Notes: generated by a model from the sequence alone, not told the origin. 60,550 nucleotides of DNA from an uncultured Erysipelotrichaceae bacterium (GCA_902773675.1 CACYFN010000006.1:1-60550), one strand, 5' to 3'; positions 20,773 to 28,559 are shown, numbered from the stretch's first letter. Numbers and translations are program-made.

Positions 20773-21522
20773 CTATCCTCGTTTTTGTATATTCTTTAAA
20801 TTATTTAAAAATTTCTTGCTTTTTAAATATAAACCTGTATATCTATCATAGTAATTATTTAAAAATTCACTTATTTCTAAACTTATTTCATTACTTATAT
20901 TTAACTTATCTATTTTAGATATATCTACATAATAAAACATTCTTATTAATTTTAAAATTTTATTATCTAATACTTTTTCATAAGTACGACAATTAGAACA
21001 AATATAACCACCTTTATCACTAGATAAAGTAATAATATTAGTATTACCACATACACTGCATCTATCTACTTCAAACATAACACCTAAATAATCTAAATAT
21101 TTAAGTTCAACTATATTAATTAAAGCTATATAATCAAATTTATCATTTATTTTAATTAAAGTATTAATTAATAAATTATATATATCAATACTATTATTTT
21201 GTTTATATACTTGTTCAGATAAATCTAATAAATAAGTTGAGTATACAATTAAATTAATATCTTTTCTAATATTATTAAAATTATTAATAATATCTACTTC
21301 TTTCAAAGTAGATAATTTTCCTTCCTTGTAATAAATATTAAAAATACCATAAGTAAACTTAGTAGTAACACTTCTAAGTTTACTTTTTAAGGATTTACTT
21401 CCTTTAGCTATAACACCAATAATTCCATACTCTTTAGTAAATATATCTAATATTTTACTAGTATCACCATAGTCTTTTTCTCTTAAAATAATTCCTTCTA
21501 CTTCTTTATTCATGTTCATCAA
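20773..21522 (-). CDS. recO: DNA repair protein RecO
   Basis: N-terminal OB-fold (EGIILREKDYGDTSKI), zinc motif CSVCGN..CSNC. Position after era-yqzL. Confidence 0.8.
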   Translation of the reverse strand: MMNMNKEVEGIILREKDYGDTSKILDIFTKEYGIIGVIAKGSKSLKSKLRSVTTKFTYGIFNIYYKEGKLSTLKEVDIINNFNNIRKDINLIVYSTYLLDLSEQVYKQNNSIDIYNLLINTLIKINDKFDYIALINIVELKYLDYLGVMFEVDRCSVCGNTNIITLSSDKGGYICSNCRTYEKVLDNKILKLIRMFYYVDISKIDKLNISNEISLEISEFLNNYYDRYTGLYLKSKKFLNNLKNIQKRG

Positions 21523-21754
21523 CTAATTCAAATCTATATTCTTGATCACAATCAGGATACATATCTTTATCCACCTTCTCAATAAATAATTCATATGGAC
21601 GTGACCAAAATTTATGTGTTCCATAAAGTGATTCATAAATAACCACCTCTTTTAAAGGTTCCCCTGGTGGTGTCATTGAATCACTTGCTATACAAAGTAC
21701 TCTATAATATTCCCCCTTAAAATGTTTATATTTTCTTCCTACTATTACTTCCAT
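21506..21754 (-). CDS. DUF1653 domain protein
   Basis: YKHFKGEYYRVLCIA...VIYESLYGTHKFWSRPYELF fits the DUF1653 pattern. Confidence 0.65.
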   Translation of the reverse strand: MEVIVGRKYKHFKGEYYRVLCIASDSMTPPGEPLKEVVIYESLYGTHKFWSRPYELFIEKVDKDMYPDCDQEYRFELVDEHE

Positions 21755-21839
21755 TATTCTCTTCCTTTAATTTCTTATATTTTAAATAATATTCAATCTT
21801 ACCAGTATTTTTAAATAAATCCCATAATAACTCTTTCAT
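21726..21839 (-). CDS. yqzL: YqzL-family small protein (37 aa; absent from the ORF track)
   Basis: Hand translation gives MKELLWDLFKNTGKIEYYLKYKKLKEENNGSNSRKKI*, with an AGGTGAT SD 4 nt upstream. The W-x-LF-x2-TG-x-IE-x-YL pattern and the position between era and recO match B. subtilis yqzL. Confidence 0.55.
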   Translation of the reverse strand: MKELLWDLFKNTGKIEYYLKYKKLKEENNGSNSRKKI

Positions 21840-21868
21840 GTAATCACCTATTATATTATGTGATTTAA

Positions 21869-22639
21869 TTATGATTTATAATCATTAAAACCATATTCAT
21901 TTAAATATTTTTCTTTTTCACGCCATTTTTTAACAGTTTTAACAAATAAATCTAAGTAAACACTTTTGCCCATTAATTTTTCTATATCAATACGAGCAGA
22001 AGTACCAATTTCCTTTATCATATTACCATGACTACCAATAATAATTTTCTTTAAAGAATCTCTATCAACTATAATAGCTACACGTATATTATAACTAGTT
22101 TTACCTATTTCAACAGATTCAGTAACACAAGTAATAGAATATGGTACTTCTTCTTCTGTTAAATTAAATACCTTTTCTCTAACTATTTCACTAATTAAAA
22201 AATCAATTGATTTATTAGTAATATCATTTTCTCCATAATATCTAATATTATCCGGTAAATACTTTTTTAAAGTATCAATTAAATCTCTAATATTATCTTT
22301 CGTATATGATGAAACAGGTATAATTTCATCAAAATCATATAAATCTTTATATAAACCATCATAAGCATCTACTACAAGCATAATAATATCTGTATCATTG
22401 ATACTAAAATAAGCTTGATCATTCAAGTTTTTTCCTAATTTATCATTAGGTTTATGAATACCAGGAGTATCTACAAATACCATTTGATACTTATCCTCAT
22501 TATAAATTCCTTGTATAATATTTCTAGTTGTCTGTGGCTTATTTGAAGTAATAGCTATTTTCTTACCTATTATACTATTAATTAAGGTACTCTTTCCAAC
22601 ATTTGGCCTTCCAACAATACCTATAAATCCACTCTTCAT
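21869..22639 (-). CDS. era: GTPase Era with a shortened G domain (no G4 NKxD segment)
   Basis: G1 GRPNVGKS, G2 QTTR and G3 DTPG are present, and the C-terminal KH domain is intact (VREKVFNLTEEEVPYSI..IIGSHGNMIKEIG). The protein is only 256 aa because about 40 residues between VVDAYDG and FDEIIPVSS are missing. Confidence 0.85.
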   Translation of the reverse strand: MKSGFIGIVGRPNVGKSTLINSIIGKKIAITSNKPQTTRNIIQGIYNEDKYQMVFVDTPGIHKPNDKLGKNLNDQAYFSINDTDIIMLVVDAYDGLYKDLYDFDEIIPVSSYTKDNIRDLIDTLKKYLPDNIRYYGENDITNKSIDFLISEIVREKVFNLTEEEVPYSITCVTESVEIGKTSYNIRVAIIVDRDSLKKIIIGSHGNMIKEIGTSARIDIEKLMGKSVYLDLFVKTVKKWREKEKYLNEYGFNDYKS

Positions 22640-22653
22640 AAATCTACCTCAAT

Positions 22654-23040
22654 CTATTTTAAATCCTCATCATCAAAAGGATAAGGACATAATTCTATAA
22701 CTTTATATGTTTTTTCTTCTCCATCTTTATTAACACTTATAACTAAATCATCATTATTCATAAATTCAATTAATACTTGTCTACAAGCAAAACAAGGAGT
22801 AACAAAATCACCTGATGATGCCATCAAATAAAGCACTTTAAAATCACCTTTTTTATAACCTGCTGTAATCGCAGAACCAATTACATTACGTTCTGCACAT
22901 ATGGTAGAACCATATGATGCGTTTTCATAATTAACGCCATAAAATTCTTTATTATCTTTCATTACTAAAATAGCTGCAACCGCATACTTAGAATAAGGAC
23001 TATAACTATTTTTAAGTAAATTTTCTAATTTTTCTTTCAT
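22654..23040 (-). CDS. cdd: cytidine deaminase
   Basis: CAERNVIG and PCFACRQVL zinc motifs, 128 aa. Confidence 0.9.
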   Translation of the reverse strand: MKEKLENLLKNSYSPYSKYAVAAILVMKDNKEFYGVNYENASYGSTICAERNVIGSAITAGYKKGDFKVLYLMASSGDFVTPCFACRQVLIEFMNNDDLVISVNKDGEEKTYKVIELCPYPFDDEDLK

Positions 23041-23044
23041 ATTT

Positions 23045-23488
23045 TCACCTTGTAATTCCTAATTCATTTAATATTTCTTCTTGTTTACCAAACATAATTT
23101 TTTCATCATTTTTTTCCATATGATCATATCCAAGTAGATGAAGAATTCCATGTACAGTTAAAAATGATAGTTCACGTCTAAAACTATGTCCATAGGATTT
23201 AGCTTGTTCATGTACTTTATCAATAGAAATATAAATATCTCCTAATACTCTAAAATCAGTATTAACAAATGTTTTATCATCTTCAAGAGCAAAAGAAATA
23301 ACATCAGTAGGACGATCTATACCTCTATATTCTTTATTTATTTTGTGTATTTTTTCATTATCAATTATAATTACATTCATAATAGCATTACTAACATTTT
23401 CATGCTTTAAAGCATATTCAATAACATTATTTAAGTCAATTATATCTATTTCTTCATTTGTTTCATTAATTATTTCTATACTATTCAT
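23045..23488 (-). CDS. ybeY: rRNA maturation endoribonuclease YbeY
   Basis: HGILHLLGYDH metal-binding motif, 147 aa. Confidence 0.9.
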   Translation of the reverse strand: MNSIEIINETNEEIDIIDLNNVIEYALKHENVSNAIMNVIIIDNEKIHKINKEYRGIDRPTDVISFALEDDKTFVNTDFRVLGDIYISIDKVHEQAKSYGHSFRRELSFLTVHGILHLLGYDHMEKNDEKIMFGKQEEILNELGITR

Positions 23489-23543
23489 AACTACCTCTTA
23501 ACTATACATCTATTATATTATAAATAGAAAAGTTTGTAAATAG

Positions 23544-23565
23544 AAAAAAACTCATTCAGAGTTTT
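23544..23565 (-). terminator. hairpin terminator overlapping the toxN stop codon
   Basis: aaaactc / gagtttt 7-bp stem with a 5-nt loop. On the minus strand it is followed by a T run. Confidence 0.5.
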
Positions 23566-24067
23566 AATTATTGTATATAGCGCACTTTTCTTCTAATAAA
23601 GGATAGTTACAACATCTATCTTTAACATTCCTTGGTAATTTATCATTTATATATAAATTATATAAAATTTTTGATTTCTGATATATATCTTTCTTATTAG
23701 AAGTTAACCATCTTAACTGATTATTTAATAATTGAATTCGATATTGTTCATTTTTTCCATTCGTTTTTTTATTCAAATCAAATTCAGTATAATTATTATT
23801 TGTTACAGGTATCATGTTATTAAAATTAACTACACCATATATTCCATCATTAATTTTTATTAAATCTAAAGTATTCTTTAATTTAATATGTTTAGGCTTT
23901 GGACTAGAAAGTGGAGCAAAATACTCACAATTATTAACTGTAAATAATATACCTACAAAAGGTCTTAATTCTTTATTTCCAGCATTATATGAAACTTTAT
24001 CATCATATTTTCGTAAAAAATTACAATAATCTGAATCAACTTTAACTATTTTAATTTTTTTATACAT
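23564..24067 (-). CDS. toxN: type III toxin-antitoxin system toxin, ToxN/AbiQ-family endoribonuclease
   Basis: 167 aa. YCNFLRKYDDKV, RPFVGILFTVNNCEYFAPLSSPKPKH and CCNYPLLEEK parallel the ToxN/AbiQ signature as I remember it. AGGAGG SD. Preceded by a tandem repeat array plus hairpin. Confidence 0.8.
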   Translation of the reverse strand: MYKKIKIVKVDSDYCNFLRKYDDKVSYNAGNKELRPFVGILFTVNNCEYFAPLSSPKPKHIKLKNTLDLIKINDGIYGVVNFNNMIPVTNNNYTEFDLNKKTNGKNEQYRIQLLNNQLRWLTSNKKDIYQKSKILYNLYINDKLPRNVKDRCCNYPLLEEKCAIYNN

Positions 24068-24090
24068 AAATACCTCCTACATATAATAAA

Positions 24091-24114
24091 AGATTAGAGT
24101 GTGTTCTCTAATCT
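24091..24114 (-). terminator. attenuator/terminator hairpin between the repeat array and toxN
   Basis: agattagag (24091-24099) pairs with ctctaatct (24106-24114), a 9-bp perfect stem with a 6-nt loop. On the minus strand it is followed by TTTATTAT, then the AGGAGG SD. Confidence 0.6.
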
Positions 24115-24235
24115 CACTTTTTTAGCTGCCATTTATAGAGCTGGCTTCACTCACTTTTTTAGCTGCCATTTATAGAGCTGGCTTCACTCACTTTTTTAGC
24201 TGCCATTTATAGAGCTGGCTTCACTCACTTTTTTA
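24113..24235 (-). ncRNA. toxI: ToxI-like antitoxin RNA array: 3.3 perfect tandem copies of a 37-nt unit
   Basis: The period is exactly 37 nt (agctgcc at 24124, 24161, 24198) and the copies are identical. Transcribed-strand unit: gtgaagccagctctataaatggcagctaaaaaagtga. There are no spacers. The array lies directly upstream of toxN on the same strand. Confidence 0.7.
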
Positions 24236-24248
24236 CTACATAAGTAGC

Positions 24249-24300
24249 TTTTATATTATATGCAAAAATTTGCATTTTATATTATATGCAAAAATTTGCA
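24249..24300 (-). repeat. perfect 2 x 26-bp tandem duplication flanked by a 12-bp inverted repeat; candidate toxIN promoter/operator
   Basis: ttttatattatatgcaaaaatttgca occurs at 24249-24274 and 24275-24300. Each copy carries TATAAT on the minus strand. The inverted repeat is tactacataagt (24234-24245) / acttatgtagta (24309-24320). Confidence 0.85.
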
Positions 24301-24369
24301 CAATAATCACTTATGTAGTAGTAACATATCATATTTTTTCTTATTTGTCTATACTTTTTTAACATTTTG

Positions 24370-24999
24370 TTAAATATCTTTTACCTCAGGCATAGGAAGA
24401 TCAAAAGTTACATGATTATATCTTTCAACATCTTGTTCAATACATAATTCTGTATATTTATCATCCCATGATAATCTATATACATCTTCAATATTTAATT
24501 CTAATAACGCAACATAATGTTTTACATTTTCTATTGGATCAATACCCTTATTTTCTATTTCTAAAGCAATACCAAAAGGATATTCATCAATAGCTATTTC
24601 AATATCATTATTTGTATATAATGTACGATATCTTTCATAACTTTCAATACATTTCATTTTAAGTACATTATCAAGTAAATATAACAAATTATCATAATCG
24701 TTATAATCAATGTTTACTTCAATTTCTTCCTCTTTATTTACTAAATTACTAGTAGTATCATTAAATCTTTTTTTCCAACTAATCTTACATTTAGATTCCT
24801 GAATACTTTTAGTAACTCTTATTCTAAATCTACCATCTATTTCTTTAGAATAAAAACTAATATTATCACTAGGATGATCATATTGAATAGTCTTTTCATA
24901 ATATCTTCCATTATTAGTTAATTCTTTAATATTATCTAATTTAGTTATTATTTCATTTAATTTATTCTTTGAATAATAAAATCTTACTTCATATTCCAT
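24370..24999 (-). CDS. CYTH-domain protein (CyaB-like class IV adenylyl cyclase / triphosphate tunnel metalloenzyme fold)
   Basis: Starts MEYEVRF (the E-x-E-x-K/R motif at the first strand). Also has RFRIR, IEIAIDEYPFGIALEIE, 209 aa. Confidence 0.7.
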   Translation of the reverse strand: MEYEVRFYYSKNKLNEIITKLDNIKELTNNGRYYEKTIQYDHPSDNISFYSKEIDGRFRIRVTKSIQESKCKISWKKRFNDTTSNLVNKEEEIEVNIDYNDYDNLLYLLDNVLKMKCIESYERYRTLYTNNDIEIAIDEYPFGIALEIENKGIDPIENVKHYVALLELNIEDVYRLSWDDKYTELCIEQDVERYNHVTFDLPMPEVKDI

Positions 25000-25010
25000 A
25001 ATATCACCTA

Positions 25011-25883
25011 TTATCTTTTATTACTTGATACTATTTTCTTCTTACTTAATACTAATTCATTACTTGTTTGAACTATCGTATTTTTACAGTAAGGACATAC
25101 ATTACTAGATATTACTTCTATAGGTGCTCCACATGAAGGGCAATTAGTTATTTTATTTTTATTAGACATAACAAATGTTAATTCATAACTGTTATTAAAA
25201 TAAATTTTTTTACTTCCTCTAACTACATTATTATTTTTTGTATTAATTACATAATCTTTAAATTCTATATCTAAATAAACACTAACTTCAATCAGGTTAT
25301 TAACTTCTTTAACTTCATAAACATCAATCAACCTAACAACAAAATCGCTCATTATATTTTGTTCATTTTTAAGTTTTAATGTCTCTAATAATGTTTTATA
25401 TTGATTATAAAGTTCATCAGTACATAATTTTCTTAAACTATTATAATCAAAATTCATCCAAGACTCTTGAACATCTATAAAATGTTTTTTAATTTTATTT
25501 TTAAAATCATCTTTACTCATTCCAAAATATCTAATGTATTCTTCATCAGATAAATCTAAATATATATGTTTTTTTGTTAATAAATTTTTATATTTAACAT
25601 TAGGGAAAGAAAAAAAGCTAATAATCAATACTACTAAAATAAATATAACAGGCATCCAATCATTATTAGAAGACGACGAATGACCTCTCCTCGAATAATA
25701 ATTTGAATCATATCTATCGCTAGATGAAGACCAACTAGAGCCTCCCCAGTCAGAACCTCCCCAATCAGATCCTCCACTGTAATCCGAATCCCAACCAGAA
25801 TCAGCTTTTACATAAAATACTGTAGTTATTGATATAATCGCTAATAATATAAATATAGATATTTTCTTTATATATTTCATCAT
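25011..25883 (-). CDS. membrane protein with a G/S/W/D-rich low-complexity segment, a Tim44-like domain and a C-terminal zinc ribbon
   Basis: Signal/TM helix, DSGWDSDYSGGSDWGGSDWGGSSWSSSS, a second TM helix, an FIDVQESWMNFDYNSLRKLCTDELY region that looks Tim44-like/NTF2-like, and CPSCGAPIE..CPYCKN. Confidence 0.55.
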   Translation of the reverse strand: MMKYIKKISIFILLAIISITTVFYVKADSGWDSDYSGGSDWGGSDWGGSSWSSSSDRYDSNYYSRRGHSSSSNNDWMPVIFILVVLIISFFSFPNVKYKNLLTKKHIYLDLSDEEYIRYFGMSKDDFKNKIKKHFIDVQESWMNFDYNSLRKLCTDELYNQYKTLLETLKLKNEQNIMSDFVVRLIDVYEVKEVNNLIEVSVYLDIEFKDYVINTKNNNVVRGSKKIYFNNSYELTFVMSNKNKITNCPSCGAPIEVISSNVCPYCKNTIVQTSNELVLSKKKIVSSNKR

Positions 25884-26425
25884 CTTATTTCCTCTATTTC
25901 ATCTAATATATAATCATATTTTTTAGTATCATAATATGTATTACAATACTTACATTTACCGCTATCATTAATATCAATACTAGCTCCACAATTAGTACAA
26001 TATCTAACACTCTTTTGTACCTTAGTATTCTTATTTTTTCTAAATATTAATCTATATTTTTCTATAATTCTATTATCTTTGTCACCAGATGCATAATCAC
26101 CACTATCAAGTTTAATAAAATATTTTAAATATCTAGTAGTAATAATTACTTCAATTTCATAATAATTATCATTTACATTTATATTGATAATATCAGTACT
26201 TTTAATATTTAATTCATCATACATTCTTCTAAGGTTTTTATTTTTGCTTTCATTTATAATATTAATTGCATACTCATATACATTATCACTTATATTATGT
26301 CTAACGTCATCTAAGTTTTGAAACATTATACCAGTAAATAGCTTAATAAATATATTATTTACACGTGTTCTAAACATACTTTCATTAAAATTTTGATCTT
26401 TTATTTCTAATTCATTTAAAGTCAT
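25880..26425 (-). CDS. soluble Tim44-like domain protein with a zinc ribbon (paralog of 25011..25883)
   Basis: Same domain order without TM helices. CTNCGASID..CKYCNTYY. ATGA overlap with the downstream gene. Confidence 0.5.
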   Translation of the reverse strand: MTLNELEIKDQNFNESMFRTRVNNIFIKLFTGIMFQNLDDVRHNISDNVYEYAINIINESKNKNLRRMYDELNIKSTDIININVNDNYYEIEVIITTRYLKYFIKLDSGDYASGDKDNRIIEKYRLIFRKNKNTKVQKSVRYCTNCGASIDINDSGKCKYCNTYYDTKKYDYILDEIEEIR

Positions 26426-26479
26426 AACTACATCCTTTCAGTAAAATCATTATTCATATAGAGGAGCTAAAAAATTTTC

Positions 26480-26773
26480 TTATCTTGTTCTTCCTTTTTC
26501 TCTTTCTTCCATCACATATTTATCATAGCTTAACAATTCATCAACACCATCAACTTCACCAACAAAATCAACAGCTAAACTTTCATCATCAAAATATGCT
26601 TTGCTAACTTGATCAAATATTTCAGAAATCATTTGATTTTTTATTTCTGAAGGAATATTATCATTAGATAATATTTTTTTAATATCATATAATCTCATAC
26701 CTAAATAGGCAGACGTTTTTCTTTCGTAATTTAAATTAGTTAATACTTGTTCTAAATCCTGTTGAACACTCAT
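26480..26773 (-). CDS. hypothetical acidic protein
   Basis: 97-aa ORF with a GGAGG SD. First gene of the co-oriented 26773-24370 group. Confidence 0.5.
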   Translation of the reverse strand: MSVQQDLEQVLTNLNYERKTSAYLGMRLYDIKKILSNDNIPSEIKNQMISEIFDQVSKAYFDDESLAVDFVGEVDGVDELLSYDKYVMEEREKGRTR

Positions 26774-26886
26774 AAAATACCTCCTAAATTTTTAGCTCCT
26801 ATATACAAATAATAATTATCTCTATTTGTTACAAATATATTTTATCATAAATAAAAAAGAATCACACTATAAAGTATAATTTCTTC

Positions 26887-27396
26887 CTATTTTTTACACA
26901 TTTTATACATAAAATATCCAATTATACCACTTATTATATTTAATATTATATCATCTATATCAAATACTCTACCAATATTAATTTGAATTAATTCTATAGT
27001 TAAAGATAATAAAAAACATATTATTAATATTACATATAACTTATTAAGTTTAAAATAAAATGATATAAAAAAACTATAAGGAATAAATAACAATATATTA
27101 CCAATAGTATTCTTTATAAATAATTTACTATGTATATTATATCTTAATATTTCTTTAAATGGTATTATATTAAAAATATTATAATTATATTCAGGTTTTG
27201 ATACAATATAAAATAATATAATAATATAAACAATAAATAATATAAAAATTATTTCTTTAAATATATCAATATCAATTTTATTCTTAATTATATAAATAAT
27301 TCTAATAGTTATAAATATTTCTAATATATATATAATTAAAGGATATGATAGTTTGATTATATTAATTAACTGATTCATCTGATTCCTTATATTCAT
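26887..27396 (-). CDS. VanZ family membrane protein
   Basis: Four to five TM helices and TIELIQINIGRVFDIDDIILNIISGIIGY, the VanZ signature. Confidence 0.7.
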   Translation of the reverse strand: MNIRNQMNQLINIIKLSYPLIIYILEIFITIRIIYIIKNKIDIDIFKEIIFILFIVYIIILFYIVSKPEYNYNIFNIIPFKEILRYNIHSKLFIKNTIGNILLFIPYSFFISFYFKLNKLYVILIICFLLSLTIELIQINIGRVFDIDDIILNIISGIIGYFMYKMCKK

Positions 27397-28558
27397 CTAT
27401 TTCTTGATATTCAGTAATATCTTCAACCACACTATAAAATATCTTTACTGTAACACTTTCCTTATCATTATAACTACCTATTATTTTTTTATTTAATATA
27501 AATTCTTTATCATTTAAACTATCTTCAATTTTTTTAGTTGATATAGATACAGCTTTATTAATAGCTTCATCAACTGTATTATCCTCTTCTTTAACTTTTA
27601 ATTCTTTTTGATATTGTTTTTCAAAACTAATAGGTAAAATATTATTTTTAAATATAATATTACTTTCAATTGATTTAAACTTAAAATGTTTAAAACTAAA
27701 TAATTCAATATTCTTATTTAAAAATTTAAAAACATAAACATTTTTATTATTACCTGTGACTATTTCTTCCTTATATTTTAAAGGATAAGTAATAGTAACC
27801 ATATACCATACTTCGCCTAATACTGTACCTTTACTTATTACAGTATCTTTTATGGTATCATTTAAGGAAATATATCCACTAACAATTATATCACCTTTTT
27901 TAACATAATCATTTCTATTTCTTATAATTTGTCCACTATTTATATCTAAACTATATATAATAGCATTCTTACGTGCTACTATATTTTTAAATTTATTATT
28001 ATCATTAATAGGATTATTAATTCTTGGTTCATATCTTACTATATATTTAGTACCAATATTTTCTATTTCTATCCAATCAATTTTATCTCTATATTTTTCC
28101 AATATATTACTCTTTATTCTTTGTAAATCATTATAATTTTTCTTAAAACCATATAATTTTAAGCCATTACTATTTAGTTCATCAAGTAATACTTCTTTCA
28201 TATTATTATCATTAGTAATTATATCTATTGAAAAAGTAATTCTACTTAAAAATATAATAATAATTAAGCCGATAAATATAAAAATAAATAAAAATTTATT
28301 AAAATTAATTTTTTTTATTAAATTAATTAATCCTTCATATTCTTCTTCTTCTACTTCATAAGTTGTCTTTATATCAAGTAATTTACTATAATCTTGTTTA
28401 TATATTTTAATACTAAGTGTACTATTATCAACATATTTTATATCTAATATATCTATATTATACTTATTTAATCTTTTAATAAAATTTAAAACATTTTTAC
28501 CAGTTATGTTTATAATAATTTTGCTTTTTAATTTTTTTATAATATCATTTTTAATAAT
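27362..28558 (-). CDS. yqfD: sporulation protein YqfD (stage IV); 5' end uncertain, no canonical start codon
   Basis: The track ORF (27362..28201) begins at the first ATG. The frame stays open up to the TAG at 28571-28573. The extra codons encode the expected N-terminus (IIKNDIIKKLKSKIIINITGKNVLNFIKRLNKYNIDILDIKY) and the single TM helix (FLFIFIFIGLIIIIFL). AGGTGAT SD at 28559-28565. Confidence 0.75.
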   Translation of the reverse strand: MIKNDIIKKLKSKIIINITGKNVLNFIKRLNKYNIDILDIKYVDNSTLSIKIYKQDYSKLLDIKTTYEVEEEEYEGLINLIKKINFNKFLFIFIFIGLIIIIFLSRITFSIDIITNDNNMKEVLLDELNSNGLKLYGFKKNYNDLQRIKSNILEKYRDKIDWIEIENIGTKYIVRYEPRINNPINDNNKFKNIVARKNAIIYSLDINSGQIIRNRNDYVKKGDIIVSGYISLNDTIKDTVISKGTVLGEVWYMVTITYPLKYKEEIVTGNNKNVYVFKFLNKNIELFSFKHFKFKSIESNIIFKNNILPISFEKQYQKELKVKEEDNTVDEAINKAVSISTKKIEDSLNDKEFILNKKIIGSYNDKESVTVKIFYSVVEDITEYQEIDEYKESDESVN

Positions 28559-28559
28559 A

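Noticed and set aside
24113-24235. The 37-nt perfect repeats could at first glance be a CRISPR array.
   Set aside because: The units are contiguous with no spacers. There are only 3.3 copies and no cas genes in the window. The array sits directly upstream of a ToxN/AbiQ-like ORF, so it fits a type III antitoxin array instead.
26456-26805. A 13-14-nt inverted repeat (ggagctaaaaaatt / aatttttagctcc) bracketing the 97-aa ORF considered as an invertible segment.
   Set aside because: No recombinase is nearby. The arms overlap ordinary SD-like (GGAG) context. One such match within 400 nt is not clearly beyond chance in this composition. It is mentioned under the CYTH cassette finding only.
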